A program made the translations under genes and the position numbers. The notes under the pieces were generated by a model, which was not told the origin of the DNA, did no database searches, and was given only the letters and a program-made list of their open reading frames with translations. This document shows positions 25,261-37,814 of a DNA stretch of 64,000 nucleotides, piece after piece. This DNA is from Tubulanus polymorphus (lineage: Eukaryota > Animalia > Nemertea). The number at the start of each line of letters is the position of its first letter. The stretch's first letter is position 1. Where the stretch lies: positions 88,001 to 152,000 of the forward strand of contig NW_027437438.1 of the NCBI RefSeq assembly GCF_964204645.1, in the 5' to 3' direction.

Positions 25261-26536
25261 ATTATCGCGAGGTACAACACCGGATTTAATTCGTCTGCAA
25301 AATAAATGTACATACAGTTAATATTTCAAATCGAATCAAATTTCGAATCGTAGCGAGCAGAATTTTGAAATAGGGTTTCATAAAAATGTTTCCTACATTT
25401 TTCACGAAAATGAAATCGGGAAAATTTCTATTTTTATCAGCCAATCAGGAAGTTGAGTCTTCCCTGTGATTGGTTTATCTGAAAATATCAGCAGCTGTTC
25501 ACGTGAATTGTCGTGATTTCATTACTGGCGCTTTTGCGCATGACGTCATGTATCAACACGCGACAATACTTCCGCGTTCGCTACGTGTTCGCTGATTGGC
25601 CCATTTACTGGGAAATTCCACAGTAGCCTAATGTGGTTTGTTACAAGCGCTGTGATTGGCCCGACCCGATTCTGGCACGGCTTTAGTTTAGTGGGTTCGA
25701 ATCCCTTGACGGGTGAAGATGATGGATCCTATCAATCTCTATTGAAACAAATAAGTTTCCCGGTTGGGCAGCCGCGGATATCTACCGGAAGTGTTCCGGT
25801 TCGATATTTCGAGGTTTCTTTGAATTTTGGAGTGATATTGAAATCCGGTAAATACCGGCAGTAGATTGTGAAAACCCATTGCATGATATTTGTATTACTT
25901 AATCAACGAGAAGCGTCTGGGCCGCGCCCGGAGTTTTCACGATTCAAGTAGCGTAATAGCCTACTTCTTCGTGTTCGTCCACCTCAATTTTCACTCCGCC
26001 GATCTCTGACACGGCTCTGTCGCCGTCGGCGCTGTGATTGCACTTTCGTACCACCAACATTTTTTATCTTTATATCAGGGAGGTCTGGAGAATAAAAAAG
26101 GCAAAATTTGGATATCACATAGGCCTAATTTGGGGCCTGGTTTCATCGAATAAGTCGACTATGGTCGTTACGTTTCCGTACTAATTACAACCTAAAACAG
26201 TCTGAACAATTTTGTCACAATCAACATTTCGTTTACAGAAATCAGCAAGTGTTCACGTGAACCCGCGGTATCGTCTACTGTTTTACTTCCGGTTTTTTTA
26301 AGATTTAGAATTGTATTTCAAGATCGATTTCTATGAAATCTTTAGTTGATTTGGTGTTTGGGAGGAATTTTTATTTGCTCTATAGAAAATTCATCCTTGA
26401 CAATTGCGCAAAGTTCGCGAAAAAATAGCTTTTCCCAAATCCATCGGGTGTATGACTTTGATATGCCAATTAGCCATGTGCTCGAATAACAAATTCAATC
26501 AAATTTTATTCTGCCAAAAATGTTAAATCCAATTCA

Positions 26537-27470
26537 TTTTTAGCCCACTTGGGACTTTAGTCCCAGCGGGCTATTGCGTTCACTTTTCGTCCGTCGTCCG
26601 TCCGTCCGTAGACGGAATCCAGTTATTTTGGGAAGTTTTAATAATAATAATAATTGTCATTTATCACGCGCAAGTATCCTTTGACAGTTCAAATGCGCTC
26701 TCCGAGAGTTAATGCTATGCTGCATGGAACAAAGTTGTTTTGAGATGGGTCTTGAAGCTATTGAGGTCGAGAGATAACTATCTAGATAGTTCGTGAGAGT
26801 TCCAAAGTTTTGAAGACGCTTCAAGGTAATGTCTTGATATTTGGTTTTAACATGTATCTACCCTAGACACATCTTCAGGCCAAAAACTGGCCCTGTCAGA
26901 TTCAAGATGGCCGACTGGCAGCCATTGTTGTTCGCCAAAATCAGCACTTTGTACACATTTTTGAAGTTTTCGAGGGACATTGAAGACATCAATAACCTTG
27001 ATCATTCGTATATATTTGTATCCCCCAATGGCCCATCGGCATGAGAAATGGGTCTATCGGACTCAAGATGGCCGTCCTGTGACCTTTTTTGTTCCCAAAA
27101 TGTCAATTTTGGCCTGAATTCTGAGTCCTGTAGCTTCCTTATGGTTTGCCATTTTTCATTGCAATTTGTAATGGGTATTCTTTGGAAAGGGATCTTTTAT
27201 ATCCGAGAGGGTATTTTTGACCACGCAATTATGACGCAATTGGCGGCCATCTTGGGGTCATCAGTACTCATTCGTAGGTGGAAAAAAGTTTTTCCACATC
27301 ATATTGATACTTAAGCATATTTTAATATCACAATCAATTGGAAAGTTGTAGCTCATGACATGGTCTATGATCTGGGGGAGTTTCAAGCTCATTGGTTTTT
27401 GTATATGGCCACCAGGGGGCGTTGAACAATACAATAACTTAGTATTTCTATATTACATTCGTTCCTGCTG
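26537..27470 (+). mobile_element. HINE family 1 (Helentron-associated, DINE-1-like), 3'-truncated copy
   Basis: T-run + AGCCCACTTGGGACTTTAGTCCCAGCGGGCT hairpin head, (GTCC)n microsatellite, conserved core, start of ~155-bp repeats. Confidence 0.8.
26640..26804 (-). mobile_element. 5'-truncated L2-like LINE 3' end inserted in HINE1
   Basis: (TTA)n tail, encodes DLNSFKTHLKTTLFHAA*, TSD AAGTTTT (26633-26639, 26805-26811); absent from other HINE1 copies. Confidence 0.75.
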
Positions 27471-27608
27471 TCTGTGTTAACACACGCTTGTACTATGTAA
27501 ATGATATTGAGCAGGGAGTGTATATTGATATATATATAACCCACAGATTACATCATTTTTAAAAAGCAAATCTGACAGGCTGGCCATTGTGCCCCTTGGG
27601 GCACTATG

Positions 27609-27906
27609 CCCGCGATGATAATTGTCCTGCGAAGGGTAAGACTTGTAACAAATGTCAGATGGTAGGACATTTCGGAACTGTGTGCAAAACAGGCAAGAAA
27701 TTTGACAATGCGAAGGGTAGTAGGCCCAAGTCTAAGTGGGGTAAAACTGGAAAGTTTGTGAGAACTGTACGAAACAATGATGAAAGCGACGATGATTATA
27801 CATTTACAGTTAGTGATAACGTAAACAACATCGGTGAAAGCTCGTGTTGCACTGATGTAATTATGGTGTCCGTACCACAGTGTTAGTGGATAGCGGTGCT
27901 ACATGC
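27609..27906 (+). pseudogene. Gypsy gag zinc knuckle / protease-start remnant
   Basis: HYARDDNCPAKGKTCNKCQMVGHFGTVC, then VLVDSGATC after a frameshift. Confidence 0.8.
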
Positions 27907-28957
27907 GTCCCTAGTAGGTCTGCTTTCTCAAGACTGCGGGCCTCTTTTATAGAAAAGATCGGCATTCCTAGAATGCCGACTCTCCCGTTCGACTTTTGGC
28001 AAGGAGCAGCAACCTAGCTGTCATGACGGTTTTGGACATGTAGAATTAGCCTTAATGATTCGCTAATCTAAAATTATTTGAGAAACTGATTTGCCAAAGT
28101 AACTTTTCTTTCCAACCCTCCTGTCATGACGCGCTTTGATTTACTCACTCCTTGCTTATCATTGTTGAGAGAGCAGCTATTCTCTACGAGTTACCAACAG
28201 ACATGTACACCAACAGAAACTTTAGAGAGCTAGTATTGATATTTGCCACAATTAAACTTCCATAAAACTTAAGCCATTATAAAGGTCTTGTCCTTAATTA
28301 ACATCCAGGATACTTAATTTAGATATATTTTCAAAACTTAGTTTTCACCTAGATTATGGAACAAACTCATCGTTTCTTTTTCCAATCAACAATAGTAAAC
28401 TTTTGATTCAGAAATACAATGTAATTAACTATCAAATCTAAAATCATTCTATACTCATTATACCAATTTTCATTTATAATTTAACTAATTCTATTATAAT
28501 ACAGGATAAAGCAAAACAACAATGTCTTCCTATACTTCCGGTTCTTCCTTTTATAGAAAGTAGTCGGGAGTATCAAGAAGTAACAGCGAGATCCCTGCAC
28601 AAACCACATTATCAAAGCACCTCATTGTTCCGACCCAACCAATTACAGTTCCGTCTATTCTTAAGTTTAAAAATAATTCTGAATGTTTGCCAGATATCGC
28701 AGCACAAGAACCGAGAAAGAATTATTTTTGCACCTGGCTGATTTATTGTCAGCGCTGATAGATCAAAGCATCAAACAACAACTTGCACAATTTTATACTA
28801 CATCGTTTGTTGTCTGATACCCATAAAGAAACCACCAACACAAACAAAAACCAACATTACAAACATTTTTTAGTTACTACGGAATCTTGCTGCGGATCAG
28901 TAGGTACATTGAACTGGATATTATGTATTCAACTAAAACTGATAAAATATGTAACAG

Positions 28958-29415
28958 CAGGCGCGGATCCAGACTATCGCACATGCAGCACGTGCGGTAG
29001 TCTCAGTTTTCAAATGCCCTTGAAAAATTTATGTTTCGGGAAAAAAGTAAATAAAAGGGCACACAATTTGTGCGCCATAAAAAAATAATTGCTTTTCTGT
29101 ACTAGGCCTAAAGCAAAATGCGAATGAAATAGATTGCCCAAAATCATAAAAGGCAATATAAGGCATTTTTTTACTCAAAAGGGCACTATTCTAAAAGAGA
29201 CATTATTGATGCTCTATAAATTTAATCGAAAAAGGGCAAATTTCGCCAAAAATCTAAAAAAGGCACAAGCAAATTGAATGTGAAGGCAAAGTTAGTGGCG
29301 ATACCAATGAATGGCACTCAAACTCGCTCGCTGGGCATTAATACTGGCCCTTTTCAAAGTTGGTGCCCTTTTTTCACTGTGCGGTAGTCACTGTATGGCC
29401 CTGGATCCGCGCCTG
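28958..29415. mobile_element. MITE with perfect 15-bp TIRs and 5-bp TSD (AACAG)
   Basis: CAGGCGCGGATCCAG / CTGGATCCGCGCCTG; AACAG at 28953-28957 and 29416-29420; internal AAAGGGCAC repeats as in the 8082-8949 element. Confidence 0.92.
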
Positions 29416-29705
29416 AACAGGTTAGATAGGATGTTCTCTGTTCAGGGTTATCCAGAGTTTATGAAGGCCAATAATGGTCCTCAGTTTATTTCAGTTGAGT
29501 TTGATAATTATATGTTTAGAAACGGTATTAAACGTAAGGGTACAATTCCTCTGTGGCCTCAAGCGAATGGAGAAGTGGAGCGTCAGAACAGATCGCTTCT
29601 AAAGGCTATGAGAATCGCACACTCCGAGGGTAAAAACTGGCGTGAAGAGATTTATACATTCTTGCTGGCTTATAGGTCAACATCTCATTCAACCACTGGT
29701 CATGT
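29416..29705 (+). pseudogene. Gypsy integrase core fragment
   Basis: NNGPQFIS, PLWPQANGEVERQNRSLLKA, LLAYRST.HSTTG. Confidence 0.88.
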
Positions 29706-30059
29706 GACGAGCCCAATAAATGATTGCGCATAGATTCGGCCTCTCAGCATTTAGCACAGCAGTTCCGAGAAGTGTTAAGACCGATCAGCGCGCGCTAAAA
29801 CCGGTGCTAGTACGATCAATATCTACAGGTATATACGTGTTCAGTATTACACAGCGAGTACCAGTATGTTGATCGAGCGTCGTCGTAGCAACGCGCTATA
29901 CAGCGGCTTGAACTAGCGAGTAACGTTAATTATCTTTTAACCAAATTAGAGCACTTATAACCATCGGAATCAAATATAAACCAAGCTGCACCATCTACAT
30001 CAAGTAGAGAATACCTGTGTGAAATTACAGAATTGTCGGTCCACACAAACAGCTTAAAT

Positions 30060-30390
30060 CGTGTCATAAAGAAACATCCACAGACAGACAGACAGACAGA
30101 CCGACCGACCGACCGACCGACCGACCGACCGACCGACCGACCGACCGACCGACCGACCGACCGACCGACCGACCGACCGACCGACCGACCGACCGACCGA
30201 CCGACCGACCGACCGACCGACCGACCGACCGACCGACCGACCGACCGACCGACCGACCGACCGACCGACCGACCGACCGACCGACCGACCGACCGACCGA
30301 CCGACACGACAGACACGACAGACAGACAGACAGACACGACGACGATGCCATAGATGGGTTCGTCTGACGACGAAACCCATCAATAAAACT
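30060..30390 (-). mobile_element. HINE-like 5' end (family 3) with expanded (GACC)n/(GACA)n microsatellite
   Basis: Hairpin GATGGGTTCGTC-tgac-GACGAAACCCATC next to an A/T run; ~200 bp pure (GACC)n at 30098-30304. Confidence 0.65.
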
Positions 30391-31779
30391 ATATTTTGAA
30401 CGGTATTCCTGGAATTTTACAATCCAAGGTCGCAATCAATGTCCGATTAGCAAAGTTGTCTGAGCATGGCTGCGCCATATCCAGAATCAAATTGTTAAAT
30501 CCGATGTAATAAAATATTTTTAATGATGTTGATCTCAGTGCCGACATCACGAATTGATTGAAATAAGAAAAAAAAAATATTTACGAGAATGGACAGTTTG
30601 GTAGTCGGTCGGCCGCATGTGTTTTTGAAAAAAGTAATTTCACCTGAAATTTTGAAAAAGGGTCTGTAGGCAATTAAATTTTATTCTACAAATGAATATT
30701 TGTTACAACGGAATATCGGGATTTCTTTTGGCGTGGCCGTATTGTTATTTGTTTGAGAATTTGTATTTTGAATTCTAATTACGTGAGAATTTGTATCTAT
30801 TACTATTTGTCTGAGAATTTGTATGTTGTTTACTATTTTTCTGGGAATTCGTATCTAGCCTGCAACAGATGTAAAGAGAATCTGCTGCCGTACTTAGTGT
30901 TGTCAGGGCTGCAGATGGAAGGGTGTCTTCTGTTTTCAATTTTTTTGGTGTAAGCATTTGATTTTTCATTATGTGGTCTCTTCTTCCTTTCTTATAAATA
31001 TATGGATTAAACACGTAATATATGGATAAAACCATGTCATTTAAATTCGCTCCATTAGTATAAGTAATAGGCTCAGCCTATGTTTGGTCGAGACCGAGAA
31101 CGAAAAAGTGATCCTGATTTATTACTTGTATTCTTTTCTCGAATATCAGACGTTGTTACGGTCTCTTACAACGAGAAGGAACAAAGGCTATTTCAAAAGA
31201 TACAAAGTTTCTAAGATACTATTTTAGTCCATTTTCAATGACATCTCTAAACTCACCGATTTGAAGTTCTCATTTTCACCATGGATGACGTCAAGTTTTT
31301 CAGCTAGTGTCAGACTGGGAAAGAGACATTGTGTTGATTCAGTTGTTGCAGATCGTTGCTGTTGGGCCAGTATGTGTCACTACCTATTTGTGGTATGTTG
31401 GCATGCGGAAGTGCTACGCGTTGATGCTAGCAGTCAATGTCGTTTACATTGAGTCTGAGAAGCACTGCAAATTTGTTAGATCATGGCCCAATACGACGGT
31501 CAGCATATTATTTCTGATTGATTTAGGTTGGTACGGTTTTTCCTGTTATTATAGTTTGGAATTGTGTATTTTAGTCAATCACTGTGACGATGAATCCTTA
31601 ATGAGGATTGAATTCAGTGAATAAACAAGACAATTCGATACTACGTATCTATGTCCCCCGCGATAGCCAGTATAGAATGAATGACCCCTGAAGACACTGA
31701 TATTTGGTATAGAAAAATGATGAGTGTATCCAGGGATAACCATACTATGAAATATCATTTTCCTGCTATGAATGGTTAT

Positions 31780-32507
31780 TTAAGAATTGAGTTTACAGGG
31801 TTTTAGGCAAACGACGTCTACCAACCTTGACCTTTGACCCTAGAACTGCAAAATCACTAATGCACATCCTCTTCCCAGGGGTAATCATACTATGAAATAG
31901 CATTGTTCCGTTATCAATGGTTCTTCTTGAATCGTTTTTACAAGCTTTCATATGAATGATATCTAGTGACCTTGACCTTTTCCCCAAAATCAATAGGGCA
32001 CATCCTCTCCCTAGGGGTAATCATATGATGTAATATCGTTGTATTGCTATCAACAGTTCTTTCTGAATCACATTCACGACACAAGGTTTCACGTGAATGA
32101 CCTGAAGTGACCTTGACCTTTGATCCCAGAATCAATAGGGCACATCCTCTCCCTCGGGGTAATCATTCTACGTAATATCATGGTCCTGCTATCAACGGTT
32201 CTTCTTGAATGACGTTCACAAGGTTTCACATGAATATCCTGTAGTGACCTTGACCTTTGGTCCTTGGACCCCAAAATCAATAGGGCACATCCTCTGCCTA
32301 GGGGTAATCATACTACGTTATATCATGGTCCTATAATCGACGGTTCTTCTTGAATCACGTTCACAAGGTTTTACATGAATGACCTGTAGTGACCTTGACC
32401 TTTGATCATTGGACCCAAGAATCATTAGGGCACATCCTCTCCCTAGGGGTAATCATACTGTGTAATATCATAGTCCTGCGATCAACGGTTCTTCTTGAAT
32501 CGCGTTC
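31780..32507. repeat. ~145-150-bp tandem repeat, ~5 copies (GACCTTGACCTTTG type, likely Helentron internal array)
   Basis: GACCTTGACCTT...GGGCACATCCTCTCCCTAGGGGTAATCATA...GGTTCTTCTTGAATC recurs regularly. Confidence 0.85.
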
Positions 32508-34974
32508 CTACGCCGCGCGGGGAACAATAAATGAAACGAAAATACATCTGATGATTTGGTTTATTGTTGAAGTTGGATTTTGCAGTGGAGAACTACACCA
32601 GGTATATAAAGGTCAGACACTGACGATCTGCGCGAACCAGTTACGCGATCGCGTAATGATCAGTTGCGCGAGTTGTTACTTCGCGCAGCTAGGATATTTT
32701 CATGATCAGTTGCGCAAGGTAATTAGACCGGGTACTTCGCGCAGCTGATAGTAATGATCAGCTGCGCGAGGTTATTAGACCCGGTACGTCGTACTATCAA
32801 AGATTTCTGTTGCAGGCGCGTATATTTTATTTTACCTCTACTTAGTGCGATGATTTTTCGGGAGAGCGGGATTTCAAGTGACAATTTTTTTCAATGGATT
32901 TCCCGACGATGACAAACAGACGAGAAAAACGACAGTTTAGCAGAGAACATTAAATACACGTATACTGATCGAGAGAAAAAGTCGAGTATTAAATAAAAAT
33001 TCTGTTCATCACTAATGAAATCATACACATGTAAACACTTTGACTAAACATTATATGCGAACATTATATATAAAAATATTAAAATAACACGTTAAACGTT
33101 AACGTTAAACACCCACAGATTGAAGAGAAAAAAGGTATCTCTTTTCATGGTCTGTAGTTAGCATTTTTTAGTTTTTGGATTCATTTATTGCGCGATGTAG
33201 GACAAAAATGATACCTTATTTCTCATTTTTCCCCAAGTTAATTTTACACATAGCCGGCCACTTATGTATAAAGTATTCAAATAATTCTACAAACAAGTAA
33301 TTTTTAGACCCGACAGCTAAGAAAATGAGTTGGCGAGCATTTCTATTTGGAATTTACTTAATTACCAGGCATGAGATGGAGGCCCTAATTTTTTTGCCAT
33401 AAATTCGTTCTCCTTCCTGCATTATATATATACATCATATTTATCATTTTGCATCAATCTAATTATTAAGATTTTCTTTTTGGTCAATAAATAAGTTATT
33501 TTCTGAAGGCACCTGGCTATAACTTGATATAGCCTGAAGGCCTGACTGGCTATAACTTGATCACTCTGAATATACACATTTATCATGAATTTCTGCCGTT
33601 AACTAATTATAAGTCCAGTATAAACTACTACGTAAATGCATTTTTAAACTCTGAAGTACCGGTCCAGTGTTGGCTCCTGAGGTAACGAACAATGAAATCA
33701 TTATAATCGGTACCGGTTTTCTTTAGTATTAGATTCGAATGCGAGTAATCTTCTTACAATAAGTAGCCAAAATGTAAAACGCAGCAGAAATTGTGGCATA
33801 TGCATGTGCATTAATTAGTAATCCCATTCGCCCATTTATTTTAAAACGCCAGCACAATGTTTGCCAATCGTACCAGGAACCCTAATTTCTTCATAATTAT
33901 CGTATGTAATTGGTCTAGAAATTCTGAATTCAAAGACTTTAATACGACAACTTCAATGAAAATCTATGATAAAGTTTATTTCATTCAAGAAACTTATTTC
34001 ACTGTATGAAAAGTCGGTTTCCAGTCGGTTCCGGTAGGCTCCAGTCAGATTTAATAGGAGCCTCTTGAATCGATATAGTTGGCTTTAATAACGGTAGAGC
34101 GAAATAAAACATACAAACTTTAAGTCCAACAAGTAGCCAGCTTCACAGTTTGGATTAAAAGCTGAATCAAAGACCATGTATCCAACTTTTGAGCCAAAGC
34201 GTTTACTTTTTCTTAGTAGCCGCAATTAACACTTATCGGCTACTTTTCTGTACATCTAAAAACAGTCACTCTGAAATAGTCTACCTTTCAATTCGGTTGG
34301 TTTTTTTCAAGAGGGTCATCCGTTGGTATTTTTAAATGCTCTCAATAGAGGCTTGCATGTATGGCAAACCAATAGTGCTGAATCAATTTAGAGTACCGGT
34401 AGAGGTAAAAGAAAACATACGAAGTTGAATAAAGAGCCAGTTTAACAGGTTGAATTAGTAACTGAACCAGATATCATAAAAGGTTCCTGGTTCCTTATTC
34501 GAAGGTGACATTTGTATAAGGTATTGAATCAGGGACCAGTACTCAGATTCACTGGGGGTATCTCTGCAAGTTGTTTTGATGGACAGAATCAAGGAATAAA
34601 TTTCTCATATGTGTGGCTTGATAATAGATTGATGGATGTGTGTTTTCATAGACTGTGTGTTTTCATTCCTCACCCAACAACAAGACTTAAAGACTTCCTT
34701 TGCACTAAACATGACTTTATTTTCTTGTATGATCAATAATGATTGCGGTGATAGTGATCCAATCAAGTAAGAAAAGTATTCTTGCTAAGTCTGTCCAAAA
34801 ACTCCACGATTGTTCTTGTTGGTCGTCCTACAACAACGAAAAATACCCATTGAAAATTAATAAAATATAAAGTACCCCGGTAGTCAAATACCAAAAGACG
34901 ATGTGAAATTTGTTTGTTATTTAATGTCTTTGACATACACTCAGCAATCTTCCAGCCATGTCATTCTTTATGGC

Positions 34975-36191
34975 ATACCCACTTGGGAAGTGGTTTCAAA
35001 TGCTCAACAATCTAACACTTTCGATATTCAACGCCCCCTGGTGACCATATACAACAACCAATGACCTTGAAACTCACCACAATCATAGAACATGTCAGCA
35101 GCTACGATGATTTTGTAATTGATTGTGATAACAAAATATGCCACGTTCCCAATTTGATATGGAAATACTGAGTTATTCTACTATTCAACGCCCCCTGGTG
35201 ACCATATGCAAAACCCAATCACCTTGAAACTCACCACAATCATAGAACATGTCATGAGCCACAACTTTGCAATCGATCATGGTAATAAAATATGCCTAGG
35301 TGCCAATATAATAAGAAAATACTAAGTTATTCTAATATTCAACGCCCCCTAGTGACTATAAAGAACAACTAATGTCCTAAAAACTCACAACTATCATAGA
35401 CGATGTCATGAGCTACAACTTTGCAATTGATTGTGGTAACAAAATATGCATAGGTACCAATAAAATATTGAAATACTAAGTTATTGTATTATTCATCGCC
35501 CCCTGGTGGCCATATACAAAAAAAGCAATGACCTTGAAACTCACCAATATCATAGAACACGTTGTCAGCTACAACCTTCCAATCAATTGTGGTTACTAAA
35601 TATGCTTAGGTATCAATATGATGTGGAAAAAATTTTTTCCCACCTACGAATGAGTACTGATGACACCTAGATGGCCGCCGATTGCGTCATAATTGGCTGA
35701 TCAAAAATACCTATCTCAGGTATAAAAGATCCCTTTCCAAAGAATACCCATCACAAATTGCAAAGAAAAATGGCAAACCAGTAGGAAGCTACAGGACTCA
35801 GAATTCGGGCTAAAATTGACATTTTTGGGCACAAAAAAGGTCATAGGATGGCCATCTTGAGTCTGATCGACCCAATTTTTCTCACGCTGATGGGCCCTTG
35901 GGGGTTCCAAATATACATGAAAGATCAAGGTAATTGATCTAAGCGTCTTCAAAATTTCCCTCAAAAAGTTCAAAATGTGTAAAAAGTCGGTCGGTCTGTC
36001 AAGTCAGCCATCTTGGATCTGACCGGGCCAGTTTTGGGCTGAAGATGTGTCTAGGGTCATGTGTAACACAAATATCAAGACATTGAAGCGTCTTCAAAAC
36101 TTCCCAAAATAACTGGATTCCGTCTACGGACGGACGAACGAAAAGCGAACGCAACAGCCCGCTGGTAATAAAGTCCCGAGTGGGCTAAAAA
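34975..36191 (-). mobile_element. HINE family 1, near-complete copy
   Basis: Head ...GTGGGCTAAAAA at 36191, subterminal inverted repeat CCCACTTGGG at ~34978, four ~155-bp internal repeats. Confidence 0.85.
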
Positions 36192-37814
36192 CTATAGTAG
36201 AGTATTGTAGAGCAAGAACCTGGTCAATAATACCAATTTCACACAGAAATTTGGTTGCTTTCGATGACCTATATATGCCAAACATAGGACTCGTCCAACT
36301 CCCATCATGAACCCACACTTTAAGTATGAATAAATTCTGTGTAAAAATCTTCACCTTACAGCAGTAACAAGCTCCAAATTGGCAATTTTAGACACCGGCA
36401 TAACAGTGGCGGCCATCATGGATGGCCTGATTCAAAGCAGAAGGGAAAAGCTCCCGAATTGCTAATCTACTCATCAAATTAAATGTGGCGGTCATCTTTG
36501 ATGACCTATATCCGCAAAAAAAAGGGTTCATTCTCCTCACACCTAAAACAAACATACCAAAATCAACCAAAAGTTAAGCCTGTAGAGCGGGAACAATATC
36601 TGCATGCCTGCCTGGACGGACAGACAGACAACACAGGTGTTTACGATACCTCTTGCATTCTTGGGTCGATGGGTAATAATAAATTTGCGTCAAACATCCC
36701 TTTGTGGACTTGGCATTTGAAGACAGAAATCCATTAAGACTTTTTTGGTAGCACAGCGCACACAGTACATGAATTCAATTCAAATTAGGTGTACCATTAC
36801 ACTAGATGAGCCAGTATGCCTCTGATACCCTGCCTATAAGCTATGTATGGTGCTAGAGCAATTGCTCAGGTAACAAACAGGTAAGATTGTCTACACCAAT
36901 TGAAAACTGGGGTATTGTAGCTAGGTAGATATTATTAGGTAAATAGGAATGGACCTCATACTAAGTCAAAACTTTGTACCAAGTTTTACATTTATTTCTG
37001 GAGTAATGAAGGATTTGATCATGCTAACATAGTTTCTCAATGTGGCCCCCTGCATAAAATTCGATGTTCTTAGGTGGATACTTCAACCGTTATAGATGGA
37101 TATATAATAAGAAAAGGCATGCATTTGAAATGATTATACATGTACATAGATGCGCTGAAACTATTTAATCTATCTACATGATTAAAAACCCTATACAGGC
37201 GCAATTGGTAGGAAAAATTAATCACAGCATGCGCTCTGGCTTTCAGTGTTCGATGACTGCTGAGCGACTACAATAACAGATGGAATGGACTAATCACTTT
37301 ACCTACCAGACATGGCTCCCTTTGAGAGATATGGGTATTCACCAGAATGGTTTTCCATTATTCCAGCAATATCTAGATGCAACCAATTTTTGTTTGTGAC
37401 AAATTCCTAGAAAAAATAGATTTTGATATTCATTTTACTGTAAAAAATCGCCTAGGTCGCCTCAATTTACGAATACATCGGAGGTCTCCTTTTGCCGGCC
37501 GATTTCCACCAATAAACACGAACAATGATATAACAACGGCTGCTTTATTCTACCACAAGAGAAAAAGAGACCGCTTCTGGTCTATTGCAGCGGTCAATCA
37601 CAATCCTGACTCCCCTCCTTACGTATCGACGCTTAATCGACATCAATAGATCGTCGTTGTCCGAATGTTTGAATTTCCTGATAGGATCGTTCATCTGACT
37701 ATTAATAGCCAGTGTATTGGTGATGTCTTGTCGATAAAATTTTTCAAAAACGGCGTTGGCGTGGCCATATATATGAAAGTGTCGTTTAATTTTTTTTCAA
37801 TGTGATATATGAAC

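Larger units (their letters stand above)
25345..27608 (+). repeat. Composite ~2.2-kb segment, copy 1 (inverted copy at 37815-40038)
   Basis: Near-identical reverse-complement sequence along its length; duplicated pseudo-ORFs 25631-25864(+) and 39513-39752(-). Confidence 0.92.

Noticed and set aside
25670-25720. tRNA or tRNA-derived SINE (GGTTCGAATCC B-box); similar motif at ~22425
   Set aside because: No cloverleaf or properly spaced A-box could be built.
29311-29733. Signal-peptide-bearing 140-aa protein
   Set aside because: Chimeric ORF: MITE sequence read into an integrase fragment.
29930-30435. RSVG / TDRP repeat proteins
   Set aside because: Translations of the (GACC)n microsatellite.
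31030-31080. ~50-bp match to 40116-40165
   Set aside because: Short dispersed repeat fragment with no boundaries or further structure.
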